Origin: Candidatus Electrothrix sp. GW3-4
Lineage (GTDB): Bacteria; Desulfobacterota; Desulfobulbia; Desulfobulbales; Desulfobulbaceae
Assembly (NCBI RefSeq): GCF_037902255.1
Contig: NZ_CP147990.1
Span: 1,050,001-1,082,000, forward strand
Direction: 5' to 3'
DNA length: 32,000 nucleotides
The position numbers and the translations under genes are program-made. This document shows, piece by piece, positions 24,306 through 32,000 of this stretch. The notes beneath the pieces were generated by a model. That model had not been told where the DNA came from and ran no database searches. It saw only the letters and a list, made by a program, of their open reading frames with translations. The first letter of the stretch is position 1. Each line of letters starts with the position of its first letter.

Positions 24306-24349
24306 GAGATAATTATTATCTCTTATAAAGCGATTTTCTGAGAAGTCAA
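24306..24349 (-). promoter_or_regulatory. sigma70-like promoter (TTGACT-16-TATAAG, minus strand) with an abutting Fur box
   Basis: Reading the minus strand, the -35 is TTGACT (24349-24344) and the -10 is TATAAG (24327-22). Immediately after comes the palindrome GAGATAAT-T-ATTATCTC (24306-24322). Its core AGATAATnATTATCT matches the 7-1-7 Fur box TGATAATnATTATCA at 6/7 per half. Confidence 0.6.
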
Positions 24350-24479
24350 GTTTAATACATACGCTAAGGTATTTTTTATACAGTTTGCTCCGGGGAAGAG
24401 CGTCTGCCTTGAGTATTCTTGATATTTTTTCGAGAACATTCTGACGTCGTTGTTATCGTATTCCATGTGCTAATCCAGG

Positions 24480-25505
24480 ATGAAAATAAAAGACCTTCAC
24501 CTTGATCCTCCTCTCTTGCTGGCTCCTATGGCTGGTCTGACCCATTCTGCCCTGCGCACGCTTTTGCTCCAATTCGGAGGCGTCGGACTCTTGTCAACAG
24601 AGATGCTCGCGGCCCGCAAACTCCCGGTGGAGAATGAACGTCTTTCTCCCTTCCTTGTGCGGACGGAGCAGGAAAAGCCGCTTTCCTACCAGCTGTTAGT
24701 GCGGGCAGCAGATGAGGTCGCACCAGCTGTAGAGGCGTTGCATCGCTTGCAGGCTGATGCCGTGGACATCAATCTTGGCTGCCCGGCCCCCAAGGTGCGT
24801 CGCTCAGGTGGTGGCAGTTCGCTGATGGATGCCCCAGAGCTTGTTCGGGAGATTATTGTAGCAGCCCGCAGGGCAACAGCATTACCCCTCACAGCCAAGA
24901 TCAGACTTGGTGAATCCTTTTCCGAACAACGATTACGCAATTTCTGTCTCATGCTGGAAGGAGAGGGAATTGACCTGCTGACCGTGCATGCCCGCCTGCG
25001 CAAGGAGGCCTTTTGTCGGAAACCCCATTGGCAATGGGTGGCCAAGGTGAAAGAATGGATTTCCATCCCGGTGATTGCCAACGGTTCTGTCCTTTCGGTG
25101 GCAGATGCGAAAAAATGCCTGCAGGCGAGCAATGCGGATGGCCTTATGATCGGGCGAGGGGCCGCGTTCACCCCCTGGATCTTTGCTGACATTGCTCGAG
25201 AGGTCTACGGCTTTGATCTCCCTCAGGTTGAGATATGCCTGCCTGCGCTGTATGCTGATTTTGTTGTTGCCTTGGGGCAACGTTTTGTCTCGGAGCGGCG
25301 CCTCGGCAGGCTCAAAGAGTTTACCCATTATTTTGCTGAAAACTATTTTTTTGGCCATACCCTGGCCTGTGAGGTACAAGGCGCCGGTTCTGTGGATCAG
25401 GCTTGGCAACGGGCCTGTGCCTTTTTTCAGCGGAATGATGAGCAGGGGATGGTTAAGGCAGGGCAGCGTCTGGCAGAGGTTGACGAGCTACTGGGCGAGG
25501 GGTGA
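24480..25505 (+). CDS. dus: tRNA-dihydrouridine synthase family protein
   Basis: LLLAPMAGLTHSALR, DINLGCPAPKVRRSGGGSSL, TAKIRLG and IANGSV are Dus/TIM-barrel flavoenzyme motifs. Confidence 0.8.
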   Translation: MKIKDLHLDPPLLLAPMAGLTHSALRTLLLQFGGVGLLSTEMLAARKLPVENERLSPFLVRTEQEKPLSYQLLVRAADEVAPAVEALHRLQADAVDINLGCPAPKVRRSGGGSSLMDAPELVREIIVAARRATALPLTAKIRLGESFSEQRLRNFCLMLEGEGIDLLTVHARLRKEAFCRKPHWQWVAKVKEWISIPVIANGSVLSVADAKKCLQASNADGLMIGRGAAFTPWIFADIAREVYGFDLPQVEICLPALYADFVVALGQRFVSERRLGRLKEFTHYFAENYFFGHTLACEVQGAGSVDQAWQRACAFFQRNDEQGMVKAGQRLAEVDELLGEG

Positions 25506-25510
25506 AGAGA

Positions 25511-26788
25511 TCAAGCCAGACAGGGATTGAAGTAACCAAGTTGGAGATCAGGGAATTGCTTTTTTAAACTCTCCAGCCAGTGGAGCATGCCCAGCGGCGG
25601 GCTCTTAGGCTGGTGCTGGACTGCCTTCCTGTACTGTTCCGGGTCCATATTCAGGTTACGGAGCTGGATAAGATCAGGCCCTGTGGTGGCGATAAGTTCG
25701 CAGAAGGCGGCATATTCTTCAGGATCATCAGTAAAGCCGGGGAGGATGAAATAATTCAGAGAAACATGCCTGTCTGCGGCCTTCATCACCTCAATGGAAC
25801 GGCGGACGTCCGTAAAGGAAAAACCTGAGGGCCGGTAATAACGTTGATGGAAATCAGGGCGGGCCGAATTCATGGAGACCCGGATGGAATCCAGGCCTGC
25901 TGCTGCTAGTTTTTCCACGGCATCGGGCAGGCTGGCATTGGTATTGAGATTGATCGTGCCCTTCTGGGTTTGTTGGCGGATGAGATGAATTGATTGCTCC
26001 AGGATTTTCGCCTGAAGCAGGGGTTCACCTTCGCAGCCCTGACCAAAGCTGACCACCGGACGGGGGGCGTTGTCCAGATGCGGAACCGCGACCTCGGAGA
26101 TCTCGCTGGCAGTTGGGGCAAAGCGGATGCGATCCTGGGTGGATGGGCAGCAGCCTGAGGGCTGGAGCGAGATGCAGCCCACGCAGGAGGCGTTACAGTT
26201 GGGTGAGCTGGGCAGAGGGGCTTCCCAGCGGCCAAGAAAATAATTGCGCGCTGCTGGACAGCCGTAGGTAAGGCAGCACTTACCCAGATGTTGGATCAGA
26301 CGGTTATCCTGATGTTGCTTGAGTTTTTTGGCTGTCCGTTTGTTAATGAGTGCCTGGTCAAATTCCGCCGCATCCTGGCGGCTATCCTGATCACTGCGAA
26401 AGGCTGCGACCCAGAATTTTCCATCCATCCAGCCAACCGCTGTGTAGGCAAACAGGGGCAGGAGTGGTGCTCTCTCCTTACTCTGATAGGCGGCAGTGTA
26501 CACCGCAGTATGGGCTGGGGCCATAAAGGCGGCAACTGCGGATATGTCGGTTTCCCCGGTATAGGGATCACCATCCAGCAGGGCTGGTTCGCCGCTGTCT
26601 GGCTCAATGCCGACAGGGAGTCGGTTCGGCAGGACAAAGAGCTCACTGCCTTCGGGCAACTCAATCAGCTCTGTATGATCCGGGCAGTGGAAAGACTCTC
26701 CACTGGCACCGGCCATGGTCAACCCTTCATACTCTATGATTTCGCCGTTGCTGTTGGCAAAAACCAAAGCCGGTTTTCTGTTCCCCAC
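25511..26788 (-). CDS. radical SAM domain protein (function unknown)
   Basis: CNASCVGC is the CxxxCxxC cluster motif. A GTG start at 26788 is coupled to the upstream gene (AAGGAAATAAGGTG). Confidence 0.7.
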   Translation of the reverse strand: MGNRKPALVFANSNGEIIEYEGLTMAGASGESFHCPDHTELIELPEGSELFVLPNRLPVGIEPDSGEPALLDGDPYTGETDISAVAAFMAPAHTAVYTAAYQSKERAPLLPLFAYTAVGWMDGKFWVAAFRSDQDSRQDAAEFDQALINKRTAKKLKQHQDNRLIQHLGKCCLTYGCPAARNYFLGRWEAPLPSSPNCNASCVGCISLQPSGCCPSTQDRIRFAPTASEISEVAVPHLDNAPRPVVSFGQGCEGEPLLQAKILEQSIHLIRQQTQKGTINLNTNASLPDAVEKLAAAGLDSIRVSMNSARPDFHQRYYRPSGFSFTDVRRSIEVMKAADRHVSLNYFILPGFTDDPEEYAAFCELIATTGPDLIQLRNLNMDPEQYRKAVQHQPKSPPLGMLHWLESLKKQFPDLQLGYFNPCLA

Positions 26789-26789
26789 C

Positions 26790-27209
26790 TTATTTCCTTA
26801 ACTTGCTCAGCACTGCATCAATAGCTTTATACACGTCAAGATCGTCGCCAAACACGTCCTGGATCTTAGGGTGTTTGATCAGATCATCTATGACATAGGC
26901 TGTGAGATACAGAGTGAGGATGTTAGGGTCTGGAACCAGGGTTCGAATGTCGGCGATTTTTAAGCGAATCTCGAACTCTTCCATGTCTGCCGGTTCTCGC
27001 AGCTGTCGCTCAACCCCCTGTTGGATGGCATGGACGTCATTGGTTTCTATGATATGCTCATCTATAAGCCGCTGAACCAGAATTATTGCCAGCTCCGGGG
27101 CATTATCTCTGGCCTTGTTGAGAATGAAACGACGTTCCCGTTCTCGTTTCCGATCAAGGGCGTCAATAGCTTTATTTGTTGATCTGCTCGGGTTAATATG
27201 GCGGGCCAT
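26790..27209 (-). CDS. conserved-looking hypothetical protein (139 aa)
   Basis: GGAGAA lies 7 nt upstream of the ATG. It sits in an operon between glgP and the radical SAM gene. I recognise no family with confidence. Confidence 0.5.
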   Translation of the reverse strand: MARHINPSRSTNKAIDALDRKRERERRFILNKARDNAPELAIILVQRLIDEHIIETNDVHAIQQGVERQLREPADMEEFEIRLKIADIRTLVPDPNILTLYLTAYVIDDLIKHPKIQDVFGDDLDVYKAIDAVLSKLRK

Positions 27210-27259
27210 GATTGTTTTCTCCTTGTCTTTTTCCTTACTTCCGCATCCAGTGTCCGTAC

Positions 27260-29458
27260 TCAGGCATCCGAGGGTTCACTTTGGTAGAGTTTCTGAAAAT
27301 TCTTTATACGTGCATCAGTCTGCTTGGGCAACTTAAGGTCGTATTTACGGACGTATTCAGCAGCCATACGGTGGGTGTTGAATATAGGGACATTCAGTCG
27401 CAGATTATTGACAGCAAGTTGCATGTATTCGTCCGGACGCTCGTAGAAGAGCTCAAGTACCTGAGGAAGGAGTCGGTAAAAGGACTGTGCATCTTCAGCA
27501 TACAGGAGGGTGTCTGGATGTTCACTCAGGCTCTCCGCATTCAAAGGCCCCTCATAGCCGAATTTCCATCCTGTTGCGCCTTCATGGTAGCCTTCCACCC
27601 ACCATCCGTCCATGACACTGAGGTTGGGAACACCGTTCATGGCTGCTTTCATGCCACTGGTGCCGGATGCCTCTAAGGGGCGTTTAGGGCTATTGAGCCA
27701 GGTGTGTACTCCAGAGACCATCATCTTGGCAATCTGCATATCATAGCCTGGAATAAAAATGAGCTGGGCCAAGCCATTACTGCGTTCGTAGAGCTCTTTC
27801 TGATTATCCAGAATGAGTTTCAGGACAGATTTTCCCGGCTCGTCCTGGGGGTGGGCCTTGCCAGCAAAGATAAGATTAATGCGCCAGTTGTTCTTGACCA
27901 GAATATCTGCTAAGGCAGGGATGTCATCAAAGATGAGATCTGCACGTTTATAGGTGGAGAAACGTCGGGCAAAACCTACTGTAAACACCCCGGGAATCAG
28001 GTGGGATTCTTGGGGAAGCAGATGGGAGAGATAGTTGGGCGGATCAATCCAGGTGGTATCCATCTGGCTACGGTGATCCGAAAGCATCGTATTCACATAC
28101 GCCACCAAGGCCTCATTATCTTGGTACCAGGTTTGCTGGAGCTGTTTGCGAAAAGCCTGCTCGTCACCCAGCTTCATTTGGGCAAAAACACCGGGATCAT
28201 CACGCCAGCCTGCCAGTTCTTTGGTGTTGTCAAAGAGCTCGGCCCTTGTTGCACTGATCCAGGTCAGGTGATGGACACCGTTGGTAATAGCTTTGATCTT
28301 CTCGGCTACGTCGGGAAATTGTCTCCTGGTAACATCACGATGCAGGCGGCTGACACTGTTGATGGTCCGGTTTACCCGCATGGCAAAGGCGGTGAAGTTA
28401 TACTCATGGGGGGAATCTGCATCACTGGCCAGCAGATCAAGAATCCGGTGACAGGTTTCGTGACTGATACCGGTATAGAGCGAGCGGGCAAAACGATCGT
28501 GTCCTGCCTTGACCGGGGTATGGATGGTATAGACGATATGTTGGGCCACCTCTTGGGCCGCAGCCATGATATCATCATCATTCATAGCCCGTCTAAAATC
28601 TTTGCCCTTTGTCTTTTCCAGCTGGCGAAGTATCAGGTGCAGGGTCACAGCGACCCCGTGTTGCTCATTGAGATGGATGGTGCCAGGGGTCAGGCCCAGG
28701 GCCTCGGTCAACGGCAGGATACCAGAGCCGAGCATGCGACGTTGATTCGCCTTCATAATGGCGGACTTGGCATTATATAAACGAAGACCGGCTTCACGGA
28801 CCCAAGGAGGAGAAGAGGGGATGGAGTAGTCCAGAAGGAATTCCGGGACAAAATAATCCAGTTCCTCACTAATTTCCATTTTCATCCACACATGGGCCTT
28901 GGCCTCGGTAGGATGGTCATATTCATTGAAAAACGGGACAGTAATCTCCAAGGGCTGGCCCACCTGCAGAGGATCCTGCAGCTGGAAAAGGGTTGGAGTT
29001 TTTTCTGGTGACCAGTTTGTTGCCTGATCAATCTGGCCGATTCGGGAATCGACCAGTTGGGAAAAATAACCTTCTCTATACAAGAGAGAAATGGCCATGA
29101 CTGGTACATGGGTGTCTGCGAAGCTCTTGAGAGTATCTCCGGCAAGGACCCCTAGTCCTCCGCTATAATTTGGGATCTTTCGCGGGCCATGAAGATATTT
29201 GTCCAAGAGTTGCTGGATAGTAGGATCAGGACTTTTGCTATATTCTTCTTCGGTGAGAAAATCCTGAACAGGATGAAAGATATCTGGGTCTGCGCCAATC
29301 TCCATAGAGACATAGGCAACAGAGTTTTTTGGGGGACTGCTGAGTTCCTGCCAGACCTGATCAAAAACAGATTGGGGAACCCCAAAAAATGTACCAAACC
29401 TGTTGCTACAGGTTAACTCTTCGATTGCGTTAATGCGGATCGGTTTTTTATTGGTCAC
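27260..29458 (-). CDS. glgP: alpha-glucan (glycogen/maltodextrin) phosphorylase, GT35
   Basis: YVSMEIG, NYSGGLGVLAGDTLKS and the PLP-lysine region EASGTSGMKAAMNGV. GTG start with AGGAA 6 nt upstream. Confidence 0.9.
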   Translation of the reverse strand: MTNKKPIRINAIEELTCSNRFGTFFGVPQSVFDQVWQELSSPPKNSVAYVSMEIGADPDIFHPVQDFLTEEEYSKSPDPTIQQLLDKYLHGPRKIPNYSGGLGVLAGDTLKSFADTHVPVMAISLLYREGYFSQLVDSRIGQIDQATNWSPEKTPTLFQLQDPLQVGQPLEITVPFFNEYDHPTEAKAHVWMKMEISEELDYFVPEFLLDYSIPSSPPWVREAGLRLYNAKSAIMKANQRRMLGSGILPLTEALGLTPGTIHLNEQHGVAVTLHLILRQLEKTKGKDFRRAMNDDDIMAAAQEVAQHIVYTIHTPVKAGHDRFARSLYTGISHETCHRILDLLASDADSPHEYNFTAFAMRVNRTINSVSRLHRDVTRRQFPDVAEKIKAITNGVHHLTWISATRAELFDNTKELAGWRDDPGVFAQMKLGDEQAFRKQLQQTWYQDNEALVAYVNTMLSDHRSQMDTTWIDPPNYLSHLLPQESHLIPGVFTVGFARRFSTYKRADLIFDDIPALADILVKNNWRINLIFAGKAHPQDEPGKSVLKLILDNQKELYERSNGLAQLIFIPGYDMQIAKMMVSGVHTWLNSPKRPLEASGTSGMKAAMNGVPNLSVMDGWWVEGYHEGATGWKFGYEGPLNAESLSEHPDTLLYAEDAQSFYRLLPQVLELFYERPDEYMQLAVNNLRLNVPIFNTHRMAAEYVRKYDLKLPKQTDARIKNFQKLYQSEPSDA

Positions 29459-29736
29459 GTCTGTTCCTGGATGCCTCGGTAAGTTTTTTTCCTGTTAAGA
29501 GAACCTGCTCACAACAATGTACGCTTTTGTTTTTCTGGAGCGACACCTGAGATGTTTGTAACATGAACACTGTTAAAGTAGATGGGCTGGTTCGGTTTTG
29601 CAAGTGAATTTCTAATTTCAATAGAAATAGGAGTTACGTAGTTGTATAAAACGTGATAGCCTTGACAGGCTAGATTGGTCTCTTTCAAAGAGGCTCGCAC
29701 AGCGTCCCTGACAAGAAAAGACCTCTCTTTGTTTCA

Positions 29737-29782
29737 CTCAGCTTTCATTTTGTTGTATTTTTGTTGTATATTGAAAGCTGAG
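29737..29782. repeat. 11-bp perfect inverted repeat enclosing a tandem 11-nt duplication, in the glgP/eptA divergent intergenic region
   Basis: CTCAGCTTTCA (29737-47) pairs with TGAAAGCTGAG (29772-82). The loop holds TTTTGTTGTAT twice (29748-58 and 29759-69). Confidence 0.6.
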
Positions 29783-29988
29783 ATCAGCCTGAAGCTAATA
29801 AAATGTCGATAACGTCTGGTGATCTCAAAAGCGAGAAAACGAATTAGATCCCCTTTGTGGCGCAATGAGGTTTGAGGTTGAATTGCCTCACGTCGCAGTG
29901 CTTCCTGAAGCATGCATTATTCACGCTGTCGTTGGAAAAAAGAGCAAAGGGTGCAGGGAATCTCCTTTTATTTTTTATATAATTTATA

Positions 29989-31620
29989 ATGATATCAAGT
30001 TGTTCTGGCGCAAGTTTGGCAAGAGAAAAAGAGGTTACAGCAACTCAACTTATAGTCTTATCAGCGCTTTTTTTTGTTCTTTTTGATAATGTTACATTCT
30101 TTCATCACCTCTTAGAGGTTTACCCGTTTTCAGATAAGAACGTTTTTTTTCTCACCTCCTTGGTTGCGGGGACTACGCTTGTTATCGCTCTTTTTCTTAC
30201 CCTTGCAACCACCATATGTCCGATTAAACCTGTGCTCATTCTGTTTCTGCTGGGGTCGTCTGTTGCAGCCTATTGTATGGATACATACGACGTGGTTATC
30301 GACTACATTATGATTCAGAATATTATAGAGACAAACTGGGATGAGACCTCTGATGTGCTCAATCTGAGGATGGCAGGGTATGTAGTTGTGCTCGGGCTGA
30401 TGCCAAGCTATGCGGTGTACAGGGCCGCTCTGCACAAGGAATCCTTCCGGCGGACCGTTCTCCGTAAAATGAGAGACAGCCTTTTTCTCCTTATAGGGAT
30501 GGTTGCCATCGTACTTACTTTTAGTAAATTCTATACTTCTTTTTTTCGTGAACATGAACCCTTGCGATGGTATAGTAATCCGATCTATAGCGTGTATTCC
30601 TTTTCCAAGTATATCAGGAAAAATTTTAGCCTACATGACGTCGAGATAGCCCCCCTCGGTCTGGACGCAACTGTGGCGGAACACGAGGAACAAGCTGAAA
30701 AGAAACTTGTTATTCTCGTTGTTGGCGAGGCTGCACGGGCTGATCATTTTTCCCTGGACGGCTATCGGAGAGAGACGAACCCGCTTTTGCAGAAGGAAGA
30801 TATTGTCAATCTGAGCAACGTCTTTTCCTGCGGCACTTCAACAGCCTATTCCGTTCCCTGTATGTTTTCTGTTTTTTCGAGATCAGAATTCAATTCCACT
30901 AAGGGAAAGACAACAGAAAATTTGTTGGATGTCTTAGATCATACCGGCATGATAGATATTTTATGGAGAGATAACAATTCTGATTCCAAAGGAGTGGCCC
31001 TGCGAGTTCCTTATGAAGATTATAGAGGCGCGGAGAAAAATACCCTCTGCGAAGAGGGGGAATGCAGAGATGAGGGGATGCTGATCGGGCTTGATCAGTA
31101 TATCACGCAGCATGAGGGTAGAGATATTCTCATTATTTTGCATCAGATGGGGAACCACGGCCCAGCCTACTATAAGAGATATCCGAGACAATTTGCTCAG
31201 TTCTCACCTGCCTGCCAAACACATCAGTTGGAGGATTGTCGTCAGGAAGAAATAATCAATGCCTATGATAATGCGCTGCTCTATACAGACTATTTTCTGG
31301 TAAAGGTCATTGAGTTTCTGAAAGAATACGAGAGCAGCCGTGATACAGCGATGTTCTACTTCAGTGATCATGGCGAGAGCTTGGGGGAAAAGGGTGTCTA
31401 TCTTCACGGGCTGCCGTATATGATTGCTCCTGAAGCACAAATACATATTGGAGCTCTGCTGTGGCTTGGGGAGCAGACCAGAAAAGACATCAATCTTGAT
31501 TTGCTTCAGCGGAAAAAAGACAAGGAGTTAAGTCATGATAATCTGTTTCATACCTTGCTTGGACTCTTTGAGGTGAGAACGGTGCTCTATAAGAAAGGTC
31601 TTGATATATTAAGTTATTAG
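29989..31620 (+). CDS. eptA: lipid A phosphoethanolamine transferase (EptA/MCR family)
   Basis: Five N-terminal TM segments plus a sulfatase-type domain: LVILVVGEAARADHFSLDGYRRETNP, CGTSTAYSVPCMFS, HQMGNHGPAYYKRYP, YDNALLYTDY, SDHGESLGEKGVYLHG. It is colinear with E. coli EptA. Confidence 0.88.
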   Translation: MISSCSGASLAREKEVTATQLIVLSALFFVLFDNVTFFHHLLEVYPFSDKNVFFLTSLVAGTTLVIALFLTLATTICPIKPVLILFLLGSSVAAYCMDTYDVVIDYIMIQNIIETNWDETSDVLNLRMAGYVVVLGLMPSYAVYRAALHKESFRRTVLRKMRDSLFLLIGMVAIVLTFSKFYTSFFREHEPLRWYSNPIYSVYSFSKYIRKNFSLHDVEIAPLGLDATVAEHEEQAEKKLVILVVGEAARADHFSLDGYRRETNPLLQKEDIVNLSNVFSCGTSTAYSVPCMFSVFSRSEFNSTKGKTTENLLDVLDHTGMIDILWRDNNSDSKGVALRVPYEDYRGAEKNTLCEEGECRDEGMLIGLDQYITQHEGRDILIILHQMGNHGPAYYKRYPRQFAQFSPACQTHQLEDCRQEEIINAYDNALLYTDYFLVKVIEFLKEYESSRDTAMFYFSDHGESLGEKGVYLHGLPYMIAPEAQIHIGALLWLGEQTRKDINLDLLQRKKDKELSHDNLFHTLLGLFEVRTVLYKKGLDILSY

Positions 31621-31621
31621 A

Positions 31622-31950
31622 ATGTTGTTTTCCGTCATGCTTTTTTCCCGCTGCTGCTCTTGACCTTAGCTGTTCTCTTGGAATACAGCGGCGTAGATCT
31701 CTGGTGGGCTACCCATTTTTACGATGCACAGAATCAGGTATGACCATACAGGGGGCATTGGTTGTTTGATACAATCATTCACTCTGGAGGACAACGGCTC
31801 AATTGGTCTTTTGCAGCGCTCTGGGTTCTGTTCTTTCTTGTGATCAACCTGAAAAAACAGTTCCTGCCGTATCGCAAGATTCTGCTCTTCTTTTTGGTCG
31901 CCACCGCAGCATTGGCCTGTTATTTCCTCTTTTATCCAGAGGAATGGTAG
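31622..31950 (+). pseudogene. possible decayed PAP2-family phosphatase gene downstream of eptA
   Basis: ATG 31622 reads MLFSVMLF and then hits a stop. The continuing frame FFPLLLLTLAVLLEYSGVDLWWATHFYDAQNQV requires a 1-nt correction in the T6 run at 31641-46. An in-frame TGA lies at 31741-43, and the downstream part (PYRGHWLFDTIIHSGGQRLNW...) ends early at 31950. The PAP2 assignment rests only on my memory of the N-terminal pattern DL-x-FYD...W-x-HxGG. The catalytic motifs are not visible. Confidence 0.3.
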
Positions 31951-32000
31951 GCCTTGAAAAAGGACAATATTGTTCCGGTAAGAGGCTGAAAGATAAGGGG

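Noticed and set aside
1-32000. tRNA, rRNA and tmRNA genes, integrase genes and att-like direct repeats bounding the accessory region.
   Set aside because: Scanning by eye found no cloverleaf-type T-arm/acceptor combinations and no tyrosine or serine recombinase ORF. Island boundaries therefore cannot be defined from this window alone.

Overview
This is a bacterial chromosomal window with two different parts. All family assignments below come from recognising motifs by eye; no search or HMM was run.

The right part (about 18.6-32 kb) looks like ordinary housekeeping DNA of a Gram-negative-type organism:
- a NUDIX hydrolase
- a zapB-like gene and zapA, followed by a 6S-RNA-like structured region
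- RNase Y and tyrS
- a Fur-family repressor whose promoter carries a near-consensus Fur box
- a dus gene
- a glgP-hypothetical-radical SAM operon
- an eptA-like lipid A phosphoethanolamine transferase, followed by a decayed PAP2-like remnant

The left ~18 kb is a mosaic accessory or defence-type region, almost entirely on the minus strand:
- a HepT/MntA toxin-antitoxin pair
- an IS3-family element
- a very AT-rich two-gene, Lamassu-like cassette: a DUF4297/Cap4-like nuclease protein plus a compact Rad50/SMC-like ATPase with a CPAC hook. An IS630-family insertion splits the ATPase gene cleanly (CTAG target, TA duplication), and the two halves can be rejoined in frame.
- a GC-rich sbcD-sbcC pair with a perfect 28-bp palindrome between the genes
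- an array of twelve phased 21-bp repeats just upstream of sbcD, with an 84-bp super-period, GGAAT/ATTCC half-sites and one perfect 16-bp palindrome
- a NACHT NTPase with no effector domain, in an operon with a VanZ-like membrane protein and a truncated antitoxin-like ORF
- two paralogous Rpn/PD-(D/E)XK genes bracketing a DUF922 metalloprotease gene

The best candidates for something new are the nuclease + mini-Rad50 cassette, the 21-bp repeat array and the NACHT-VanZ operon.
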